Positions 47,681-55,592 of a stretch of DNA of 64,000 nt are shown here, one piece after another. Source of the DNA: Candidatus Actinomarina sp. (GTDB lineage: Bacteria > Actinomycetota > Acidimicrobiia > Actinomarinales > Actinomarinaceae). The position numbers were made by a program, and so were the translations under genes. The stretch spans positions 366,114 to 430,113 of the forward strand of contig JAYQJM010000005.1 of NCBI GenBank assembly GCA_038142145.1. Reading direction: 5' to 3'. Below the pieces are notes generated by a model, which was not told where the DNA came from, ran no database searches, and worked only from the letters and a program-made list of their open reading frames with translations. The number at the start of each line of letters is the position of its first letter. Position 1 is the stretch's first letter.

Positions 47681-49306
47681 GTGACCAAATACATATTCGT
47701 CACCGGTGGTGTAGTCTCTGGTCTTGGCAAAGGGATTACTTCAGCGTCTCTTGGAAACTTACTCAAAGCTAGAAATCTTACTGTTGTAAATCAGAAATTA
47801 GATCCATACATAAATGTTGATCCTGATACGATGAATCCTTTTCAACACGGAGAAGTTTTTGTTACGGAAGATGGCGCAACAACTGATTTAGATTTAGGTC
47901 ATTATGAAAGATTTACTGGTGTCAATTTAAAACGAGATGCCAATGTTACTACTGGCAGCATTTATAGAAAAGTTATTGAGCGTGAAAGAAAAGGAAGTTA
48001 TTTAGGTGATACAGTTCAGGTTATTCCTCATATTACTGATGAAATCAAAAGAAGAATCAAAGGCATCTCTAATGATGTAGATGTTCAAATAACTGAAATT
48101 GGTGGAACTGTTGGTGATATTGAAATCTTACCTTTTTTAGAAGCCGCACGTCAGATTCGAAAAGAATTTGGTCAAGAAAATGTTATGTTTGTTCACGTTA
48201 CACTGGTTCCTTATATTGGTCCAAGTACTGAATTAAAAACTAAACCTACTCAACATTCTGTATCTATGTTAAGGAGTTATGGAATCAGTCCTGACCTAAT
48301 AGTCCTAAGGACAGATAGAGATCTAGGTCAAGAAATTAAGAATAAAGTTTCATTATTTTGTGATGTTGATATTTCGAATGTAATTGAAGCACCTGATTTA
48401 AGTGATATTTATGATGTTCCAATAAAAATGTTTGAAGAAGGTTTAGATGAAGCTGTCGATAAAAGGCTTAATCTTCAAACTTCACCTCCAGATTTAAGTA
48501 AATGGAAATCAATGATGGATTTAAAAAAAGATATAAAAAAGAATATTCGCATAGGAATTCTAGGAAAATATTTTGGATTACCAGATAGTTATATGTCAGT
48601 TGTAGAGGCACTAAGGCATTCATGTTTACAGCAGAAATTAGGCTTAGATTTAGTTTGGCTAGATGCTGACAACTATGAGTTGGAAGAACTTAGCTCATTG
48701 AATGGTGTAATTATTCCAGGTGGGTTTGGATATAGGGGAATTGAAGGAAAAATTGAGGCTATAAAATATATACGTGAAAATAAAATTCCTTTCCTCGGCA
48801 TTTGCCTAGGTTTACAGTGTGCAGTTATTGAATTTGCTAGAAATGTTTGTAATATCAAAGATGCTAATTCGTCAGAATTTTCACAGAGCTCTAAAAACTT
48901 AGTAATCGATTTGTTACCTGATCAAAACCTTGAAAAAGATGATGTAGGAGCATCTATGAGGCTCGGTACTTATCCATGTAAAATACAAAGTGGTTCCGTT
49001 TCAAAATCTATTTATAAAGATGAAGTCATTTATGAAAGACATAGACATAGATATGAAGTTAATAATAAATACAGAGATCAACTTGCTGAAGGAGGTTTAG
49101 TATTTAGTGGTTTATCACCAGACAACAATTTAGTTGAAATGATAGAGCTAAGAGACCATCCGTATTTTGTAGCGTCACAATTTCACCCAGAGTTTAAATC
49201 CAGACCTTGGGAGCCGGCTCCTATGTTTTATTCATTCGTGGAAGCTGCTGCTAAAATTGAAAATCCTGAAGTACCTTTGAAAAATGAGCAAACAGTCTCA
49301 GATTGA
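47681..49306 (+). CDS. pyrG: CTP synthase
   Basis: 541 aa. It has the N-terminus KYIFVTGGVVSGLGKGI and a GATase domain with GICLGLQ and QFHPEF. GTG start. Confidence 0.97.
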   Translation: MTKYIFVTGGVVSGLGKGITSASLGNLLKARNLTVVNQKLDPYINVDPDTMNPFQHGEVFVTEDGATTDLDLGHYERFTGVNLKRDANVTTGSIYRKVIERERKGSYLGDTVQVIPHITDEIKRRIKGISNDVDVQITEIGGTVGDIEILPFLEAARQIRKEFGQENVMFVHVTLVPYIGPSTELKTKPTQHSVSMLRSYGISPDLIVLRTDRDLGQEIKNKVSLFCDVDISNVIEAPDLSDIYDVPIKMFEEGLDEAVDKRLNLQTSPPDLSKWKSMMDLKKDIKKNIRIGILGKYFGLPDSYMSVVEALRHSCLQQKLGLDLVWLDADNYELEELSSLNGVIIPGGFGYRGIEGKIEAIKYIRENKIPFLGICLGLQCAVIEFARNVCNIKDANSSEFSQSSKNLVIDLLPDQNLEKDDVGASMRLGTYPCKIQSGSVSKSIYKDEVIYERHRHRYEVNNKYRDQLAEGGLVFSGLSPDNNLVEMIELRDHPYFVASQFHPEFKSRPWEPAPMFYSFVEAAAKIENPEVPLKNEQTVSD

Positions 49307-50159
49307 AGAATTAGTAGATTCTTTTTTAAATTATTTATTCATACAAAAAGGATTGTCTCAAAATACAATTAGCTCATACAAACATGATTTGAAGAAATTT
49401 GTTGATGCTAATAAAGCTCTTGATATTAAAGGTGCAGATTTTGATAGCTTCTTACTTAATATAAATACATTAGAGTTATCTCCTAAAAGCAAGCAAAGAT
49501 TAATCTCTACCCTTAAACAATTCCATATTTATTTATCTCAATTATCAGTCATAGATCACGAGTTCCCTAAGGGTGTCAGAATTAAACTCGGGTCTTCTTT
49601 ACCTAGAGTCTTATCAATAAATGAAGTTGATAGTTTTATTAACTTTTATGACCATTCAAATTTTTTAAATTCAAGAAATAAAACAATATTAGATTTCTTA
49701 TATTCTGCTGGAACAAGAGTTTCTGAGTTATGTAAAGTAGAATTGTCTGATATTGATTTGGATGATAATTTTGTTCAACTAAAAGGGAAAGGTAATAAAT
49801 ATAGGATAGTTCCAATAGGCTCTTTATTGAGGCAAAATTTATCTGAATATTTAACTTATAGGAATAATTTAAAACCAATAAATTCGTTTCTATTTTTATC
49901 TAAATCTCATAAACAAATGGAACGCACAGCTGTTTTTAGAATAATAAAAAAAACTACAAGTAATTTAGGATTAGATTCTGATATTCATCCTCATACTTTT
50001 AGACATAGTGCAGCAACCCATATGCTTGAAGGTGGGTGCGATTTGAGAACTGTACAAGAGTTTTTAGGACACAGTTCAGTTTCTACAACACAAATATATA
50101 CTAAAATTACGAAGGAGTTTTTAGAAGAAGCGTTTATTGAAAGTCATCCTAGATCATGA
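49284..50159 (+). CDS. xerD: Tyrosine recombinase XerD (chromosome dimer resolution)
   Basis: 291 aa with the R...HxxR...Y catalytic set (GTRVSEL, HPHTFRHSAATHMLEGG, LGHSSVSTTQIYT). Its position after pyrG matches mycobacterial xerD. Confidence 0.85.
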   Translation: MSKQSQIEELVDSFLNYLFIQKGLSQNTISSYKHDLKKFVDANKALDIKGADFDSFLLNINTLELSPKSKQRLISTLKQFHIYLSQLSVIDHEFPKGVRIKLGSSLPRVLSINEVDSFINFYDHSNFLNSRNKTILDFLYSAGTRVSELCKVELSDIDLDDNFVQLKGKGNKYRIVPIGSLLRQNLSEYLTYRNNLKPINSFLFLSKSHKQMERTAVFRIIKKTTSNLGLDSDIHPHTFRHSAATHMLEGGCDLRTVQEFLGHSSVSTTQIYTKITKEFLEEAFIESHPRS

Positions 50160-50596
50160 AAGAAATGTACTTAAAAAGCATACGAGCAATTAGATTTTTA
50201 TTTTATAGACATTTAAATATAAATGAACAGTTAGAAATAGCAAATGTACTAGAAAGCGAAAATTATTTAAATTTATTTTGGAAACTTAATCAAGCTGACA
50301 GACAGCATTCTTTTGAGGTTCTTAATAGAACTAAAAAATTTTCAAATGATCAAAACCTTTTAAAATTATCTCTTTTTCATGATATTGGGAAGTTAAAATA
50401 TGAATTTAGTTGGCTATTTAGAATATTTACGGAATTAAAAATATTTAAAACAAAGAAGTCATTAGATTACATAAATCATGAGGAAATTGGGTACGAGATA
50501 TTAATGAAAAAACTAAATGAACCAAAATTTACAGATTTTTACCAAGATAATCTTCTCCATCAAAAAAATGAAATTTTGGATATAACTGATTTTTAA
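50156..50596 (+). CDS. Small HD-domain-like protein
   Basis: 146 aa with H...FHDIGK, a pattern suggestive of an HD phosphohydrolase fold. Confidence 0.4.
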   Translation: MKEMYLKSIRAIRFLFYRHLNINEQLEIANVLESENYLNLFWKLNQADRQHSFEVLNRTKKFSNDQNLLKLSLFHDIGKLKYEFSWLFRIFTELKIFKTKKSLDYINHEEIGYEILMKKLNEPKFTDFYQDNLLHQKNEILDITDF

Positions 50597-51297
50597 TGGA
50601 AACATCTAAGTTAATCGAAAATTTAAACTCTTTGTTGGTTAAATATTCAGACAATAAATCACAAATTGAAGAAAATCTGTATGAATTATTTAAGACTTTT
50701 GAATTAAATAATGAAAATCAGGATTATGATTTGTTTTCCGAACTTGTCCTCTTAGCCGCCTCATTGTATGAACTTAAAGCTAGAAATATGTTGCCGCAAG
50801 ATGAAGATATCGATTGGTTAGATGAAGTTGAGATAATTAAAGATAAAGATTTAGCTTTTGCTCGGCTACTTCAATTTAAAGCTTTTTCTGAAGTTGGATT
50901 ATCTATTGCTAATAAAATCAAATTAAATGAACTTCGTCTTCATTCTTTTAAGTATTACCAAACAAATAAAATATTCCCTAATGCTGACATAGAACTTAAG
51001 TTAGATATTGAAAGGTTTAAGGATGTTTCTCAAGAAGTATTTACAAGATATAAAACTATACAAGGGTTTAAACACATTGATAAAGATTTACCTGATTTAC
51101 AAATATCTATAGATAATTTTTTAGAAATTATTAATAAAAGAATTAATGAATCATTTGAAAATATCCTTCAAGATGTGGACTCACACCAAGAAGCAATAGC
51201 TTTATTTTTGGCATTGTTAGAAACTATTAGGTGGGGTTTTGTAACAGCTTATCAAGAAGGAGAAAGTATAAAGGTGAGTAAAAATAATGAATATTAA
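50596..51297 (+). CDS. scpA: Segregation and condensation protein A (kleisin)
   Basis: 233 aa. The call rests on its position directly upstream of scpB and on the C-terminal winged-helix-like EAIALFLALLETIRWG. Confidence 0.78.
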   Translation: METSKLIENLNSLLVKYSDNKSQIEENLYELFKTFELNNENQDYDLFSELVLLAASLYELKARNMLPQDEDIDWLDEVEIIKDKDLAFARLLQFKAFSEVGLSIANKIKLNELRLHSFKYYQTNKIFPNADIELKLDIERFKDVSQEVFTRYKTIQGFKHIDKDLPDLQISIDNFLEIINKRINESFENILQDVDSHQEAIALFLALLETIRWGFVTAYQEGESIKVSKNNEY

Positions 51298-51811
51298 AAA
51301 AATAATAACTGCAATTTTGTTAGTCTCTGATGGCCCAATGCATCATTCATATTTTCGAGAAACTTTTGATATTGGTCATGATGAACTGCTCAATGTATAT
51401 AGCGAAATCAATAATGATTTGGAAAAATTAAATTTTGGCTTTGAAATAGTTGTAAACAAATCCAGTGCTGACTTTGTAACTGTTGAAAGTTTAAAAAATG
51501 AATTAACAAAATTCAAACCACCATCTGTACTCAGAGGCCTTTCAACTCCATCATTAGAGACTCTTTCTATAGTTGCGTATGAACAGCCGGTTACAAAACT
51601 AAAAATAAATGAAATAAGAGGTGTTGAATCTGAGTCGTCAATAAAGACTCTAGAATCAAGGGGTTTAATAGAAAAATCAGGAATAATGGACATTCCAGGA
51701 TCTCCACATTTATATGTAACAACAAATATGTTTCTAAATAAATTAGGAATCGGTTCTTTATCTGATTTGCCATTAATTGGTGATTATTTTTCTAGCACTG
51801 AAGAAGAATAA
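51287..51811 (+). CDS. scpB: Segregation and condensation protein B
   Basis: 174 aa with LSTPSLETLSIVAYEQPVTKLKINEIRGV and TLESRGLI. Confidence 0.85.
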   Translation: MNIKKIITAILLVSDGPMHHSYFRETFDIGHDELLNVYSEINNDLEKLNFGFEIVVNKSSADFVTVESLKNELTKFKPPSVLRGLSTPSLETLSIVAYEQPVTKLKINEIRGVESESSIKTLESRGLIEKSGIMDIPGSPHLYVTTNMFLNKLGIGSLSDLPLIGDYFSSTEEE

Positions 51812-51812
51812 A

Positions 51813-52463
51813 TTGAGAATAAATAAATTTGTAGCCTTACATTTTCCTACATCAAGACGTAAAGCAGACCAGTTAATTGCAGAAGGAAAGGTGTTGGTAA
51901 ATAACAATATTGCACAATTAGGAGTGGAAGTAAATCCTTCTGACAAAATTTATGTAGATGGCAAACTATTAAAACACAATATTATTCACGAGTATTATCT
52001 TTTTAATAAACCAAAAGGTTATATATGCTCTCATAAAAAACAAGGTGATGGAAAGACTATATTTGAGTTAGTTCAAAAAGATTATCTTAAATTTGGTGGC
52101 AGGCTTGATAAGGATTCCGAAGGGTTAATGATACTAAGTACAGATGGTGACTGGCTTAACCAAATATTTAGTCCTAAAAGCAAAATTGAAAAAAAATATA
52201 TTGTAAAAATAAATAAACCATTGCAATCATTGTCAAAATTTAGAAAAAAAATAACATTTAAAGGGGAGAGGCTTAGCTTGAGTACAATATCTAGAATTAA
52301 TGATTTTACATTTGAGGTCTCTTTAAATTCTGGTAAAAACCATGAAATTAGAAATATTTTTTATTCAAATGGCTTTAATGTTGTTGGGTTAAAAAGAGTA
52401 TCAATTGGTAATTATCAGCTTAAATCAATATCTAAAGGTAATTTAATTAAAATAACCATATGA
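51813..52463 (+). CDS. rluB: RsuA/RluB-family pseudouridine synthase with an S4 domain
   Basis: The product from the TTG at 51813 (just after the scpB stop) starts (M)RINKFVALHFPTSRRKADQLIAEGKV. The catalytic motif is GRLDKDSEGLMILSTDG. The track's start at 51777 adds only a hydrophobic extension. Confidence 0.85.
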   Translation: MRINKFVALHFPTSRRKADQLIAEGKVLVNNNIAQLGVEVNPSDKIYVDGKLLKHNIIHEYYLFNKPKGYICSHKKQGDGKTIFELVQKDYLKFGGRLDKDSEGLMILSTDGDWLNQIFSPKSKIEKKYIVKINKPLQSLSKFRKKITFKGERLSLSTISRINDFTFEVSLNSGKNHEIRNIFYSNGFNVVGLKRVSIGNYQLKSISKGNLIKITI

Positions 52464-53071
52464 AAAAGATTTTAATAACAATTGATGGTCCATCAGGTTC
52501 TGGAAAGTCAACTGTAGGACGAGCACTAGCTCAAGATTTAAACATTGAATTCTTTTCTTCAGGTTCTTTATACAGAGCAATAGCTTATTATTTAAAAAAT
52601 AAAGTAAGAGTAATTGATTCAATTTCACTAGACTCTTTAGATCCTTTAATTATTAAAATAAATGAAGAAATCATTTATGAAGACAATCTATATTCTAAAG
52701 AGGTAAACCAAGCAAGTTCTCAAATAGCTCAACAAATTGAAATCAGAAATATAGTTTCAAATGCTTTATCAAATATTTACGAGAATTCAATAAATGGATT
52801 AGTCATAGAGGGTCGAGATATGGGCTCAGTTGTTTTTCCAAATGCAAATCTTAAGATATATTTAGATGCTAGCCAAGAAACAAGAGGGCAGAGACGACAA
52901 AAACAAACCAGTGACGAATCTTTAACAGATCTTATAAGTCGCGATGAAAGAGATAAAAATAGAGAGCATTCGCCATTAGTTATTCCAAAAGATTCTTTTG
53001 TGATACTTAATGAAGAAATTTCTATTGAACAGATTATAAGTGAAATTAAAGAGAAGCTAGAGACTCAGTAG
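52460..53071 (+). CDS. cmk: Cytidylate kinase
   Basis: 203 aa with IDGPSGSGKSTV and GRDMGSVVFP. Confidence 0.9.
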   Translation: MKKILITIDGPSGSGKSTVGRALAQDLNIEFFSSGSLYRAIAYYLKNKVRVIDSISLDSLDPLIIKINEEIIYEDNLYSKEVNQASSQIAQQIEIRNIVSNALSNIYENSINGLVIEGRDMGSVVFPNANLKIYLDASQETRGQRRQKQTSDESLTDLISRDERDKNREHSPLVIPKDSFVILNEEISIEQIISEIKEKLETQ

Positions 53072-54074
53072 CTGTCCAGTTTCTATCATTTTTAATTCCA
53101 AAATTAGCAACTGGTTTGCTTTCAGATTTATTTAAAAGAGATAAGAATTCGGAAATATTTGATATATTTCTTCTTAGTTGATTCGGTAAAGGGAAATATT
53201 CTTCCTCATCTTTAAATTCGAAATCTATAAGATCTTTTGGATTAAGTTTTTTAATAATATTATAAACTATATGGTCTGGCGCAGAAGCACCAGCTGTAAT
53301 AGCGATATTTTTAGTTAATTCAATATTATCTATATCATCAGGGCTTTCGACCCTCACAGCTTTTACATTATTATTCTCTACCATTTTTACAAGTGCGTTT
53401 GTATTACTTGAGTTTTCAGATCCTACTACTAAGACCATTTCCACATTACTTAATACTTCTAAAACTGCTTCCTGTCTATTTGTTGTCGCGTAACAAAGGT
53501 CACTTTTTCTTGGAAGTTCAAGTTCTTGATATTCATCTTTTGCAAAATTCATAATTGGTTCCCATTCTGAAATTGCTAAAGTAGTTTGCGCAAGCAAAGC
53601 AGCTTTACTATCTAAATTTAGATCTTTTAAATCATCTACATTCTCAACCAAATGCATATTTTTTGGTGATACACCTAGAGCTCCTATCGCTTCATCATGT
53701 CCTTTATGTCCTACATAAATTACAGGTATGTTTCTGTCTGAAAACTTTTTTGCTTCATGATGAACTTTTGTCACTAATGGGCACACCGAATTGATAGTTA
53801 AGGAAGATTTACTTTGAAATTTTTGTTCGATTGTAGGTGCAGTGCCATGTGCAGACAGCATAACTACAGCATCCTGTGGAATCTCATCTGGGCTTTCCAC
53901 AAAAACTACATTTTTATTTTGAAATTCATTAACTATCCATTTGTTATGAACGATTTCATGGTAACAATATATAGTTTCATCATAAATTTTTAATAACCAG
54001 TGAAGTGCCTTAATAGCCATTTCTACTCCTGCACAAAATCCTCTTGGAGTTACTAAATATACTTTGTTTACCAT
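53046..54074 (-). CDS. ispH: 4-hydroxy-3-methylbut-2-enyl diphosphate reductase
   Basis: 342 aa with PRGFCAGVEMAI, HEIVHN, SAHG, and the three cluster Cys contexts. Confidence 0.93.
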   Translation of the reverse strand: MVNKVYLVTPRGFCAGVEMAIKALHWLLKIYDETIYCYHEIVHNKWIVNEFQNKNVVFVESPDEIPQDAVVMLSAHGTAPTIEQKFQSKSSLTINSVCPLVTKVHHEAKKFSDRNIPVIYVGHKGHDEAIGALGVSPKNMHLVENVDDLKDLNLDSKAALLAQTTLAISEWEPIMNFAKDEYQELELPRKSDLCYATTNRQEAVLEVLSNVEMVLVVGSENSSNTNALVKMVENNNVKAVRVESPDDIDNIELTKNIAITAGASAPDHIVYNIIKKLNPKDLIDFEFKDEEEYFPLPNQLRRNISNISEFLSLLNKSESKPVANFGIKNDRNWTATESLASL

Positions 54075-54088
54075 ACTTTTAGATTAGC

Positions 54089-54094
54089 TATATT
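54089..54094 (+). promoter_or_regulatory. Candidate -10 box TATATT for der, at -12..-7 from the ATG. The divergent ispH has TAATCT at the equivalent place (rc of 54081-54086).
   Basis: The 26-nt divergent spacer holds both hexamers, each 6 nt from its start codon. Confidence 0.4.
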
Positions 54095-54100
54095 TAGAAT

Positions 54101-55399
54101 ATGAATAAAAACAAATTGCCCGAGATTGTTTTAATCGGATTACCCAATTCTGGTAAATCGACATTAATAAATGCTTTATGTAAAAATAAAACTTCAATAA
54201 TTGGTTCCGAACCCAACACAACACGAGACAAAGTGAGTAACAAATTAGTTTTTGAAGATGGTAGAGGAGTGTTGTTATCAGATTTACCAGGTTATTTAGA
54301 GCATCCAGACGAGTGGAATCTTAATTTTCAGAAAAAAATTGAGGAACATGTACAAAATGCAGACAAAATTTTATTTGTAATTGATGTAAATTCAAAAGAC
54401 TTTATAAACATTGATTACATTCACAAATTCTTAAATACTAAAAATTTCTCTAAAAAAGTAATAACAGTTTTTAACAAATCGGAAAATTTATCAAGCGAAA
54501 ATTTAGATCCCTTAATGTACAAATACATATTAAATCAAGAATTTTTTATTTCTGCGTACCATAAAAAAAACCTTGAAGGATTGAGAAGTCATATATATAA
54601 AATATCAAAAAATATTCATGACGAAGATTTAACAAAAAAAATAACAATAATTGGAAGACCTAATGCTGGTAAGTCAACATTATTTAATTCTTTGTTAAAC
54701 CAAAACAGATCAGTTGTTTCAGACGTTCCAGGAACTACAAGAGATAAAATAAATGAGGTATTTAATTTTGATAAGAAAGATTATTCACTAACAGACACTG
54801 CTGGTATACCTCGAACTAAACAAAAGAATCAAATAGATAGGTACTCCTCAACAGTTGCTTTAAATGAGTTAGAAAGTACAGATATTGCTTTAATAGTTGT
54901 TGACAGCACTATAGGACTAACATTTGAAGATAAAAGAATATTAAAAGCATCTATAGAAAACATAGTCACTCCTATAGTTGTTTTAAATAAATGGGATTTA
55001 TTAGATACAGAAGAAAAAAATAATTTAAATTCGAGCATAAAAAGAGAATTAAAGCAGTACAGCTGGGTTAGTGTGTTGAGGCTATCAGCATTAAATAGTG
55101 CAAATATAAAACAATTATTTAAAAGCCTAAATCTTGTTGAAAATCAGTTAGAAAAAAGAATTGGAACATCTGAATTAAATACATTTATTCGTTATTTGTG
55201 GTCACAAAAGCCGCCACATCCTTTTAGAGGAAGAAGGGCAAAGTTAAAATACGTAACGCAATTTTCAACAAATCCTCCAGAGTTTTCATTTAATGTAAGT
55301 TCACAAATACCAAAAAATTATATCTCTTTTTTAGAATCTAATATTCGAAATGAATATGATATGGGTTCTATCTCATTTAAAATTAAGATTAATGCATAG
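54101..55399 (+). CDS. der: Ribosome-associated GTPase Der/EngA (two G domains plus KH-like)
   Basis: 432 aa with GLPNSGKST and GRPNAGKST P-loops, DTAG twice, and NKxD twice. Confidence 0.93.
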   Translation: MNKNKLPEIVLIGLPNSGKSTLINALCKNKTSIIGSEPNTTRDKVSNKLVFEDGRGVLLSDLPGYLEHPDEWNLNFQKKIEEHVQNADKILFVIDVNSKDFINIDYIHKFLNTKNFSKKVITVFNKSENLSSENLDPLMYKYILNQEFFISAYHKKNLEGLRSHIYKISKNIHDEDLTKKITIIGRPNAGKSTLFNSLLNQNRSVVSDVPGTTRDKINEVFNFDKKDYSLTDTAGIPRTKQKNQIDRYSSTVALNELESTDIALIVVDSTIGLTFEDKRILKASIENIVTPIVVLNKWDLLDTEEKNNLNSSIKRELKQYSWVSVLRLSALNSANIKQLFKSLNLVENQLEKRIGTSELNTFIRYLWSQKPPHPFRGRRAKLKYVTQFSTNPPEFSFNVSSQIPKNYISFLESNIRNEYDMGSISFKIKINA

Positions 55400-55514
55400 T
55401 TTTGGGTTTAAATTTATAAGTTTTGCTGCAGGATTTTATGTAATTGTTCGAATATATCAAATAATTTTTTTACTTTAATTATGCAAGTAATTTATTAAAT
55501 ATCTCAATAAAAGA

Positions 55515-55542
55515 TTGAATAAATAGAAATATTTTCTATTAT
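55515..55542 (+). promoter_or_regulatory. Candidate promoter for the ABC substrate-binding protein gene: TTGAAT, 16 nt spacer, TATTAT
   Basis: The -35-like TTGAAT is at 55515-55520 and the -10-like TATTAT is at 55537-55542. The predicted TSS near 55549 coincides with the first base of the downstream hairpin. Chance matches are common in AT-rich DNA. Confidence 0.35.
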
Positions 55543-55548
55543 TAATAC

Positions 55549-55571
55549 ATCCACATTTATGTGGATTTTTT
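55549..55571 (+). promoter_or_regulatory. Hairpin ATCCACA-ttta-TGTGGAT followed by a T5 run, immediately upstream of the SD of the SBP gene
   Basis: It has a 7-bp perfect stem and a 4-nt loop, then TTTTTGT. It could be a 5'-terminal stabiliser, an attenuator, or a distal terminator for der. Confidence 0.5.
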
Positions 55572-55581
55572 GTATACAAAA

Positions 55582-55587
55582 AAGGAG
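55582..55587 (+). promoter_or_regulatory. Shine-Dalgarno AAGGAG, 5 nt upstream of the TTG start at 55593
   Basis: The sequence reads AAAAAGGAGAAAAATTG. Confidence 0.6.
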
Positions 55588-55592
55588 AAAAA

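Noticed and set aside
49284-50159. The tyrosine recombinase as a marker of an integrated mobile element.
   Set aside because: It has the XerD motif set and sits in the conserved pyrG-xerD-scpAB chromosomal context. It overlaps pyrG by 23 nt, and there are no flanking repeats, excisionase or cargo genes.
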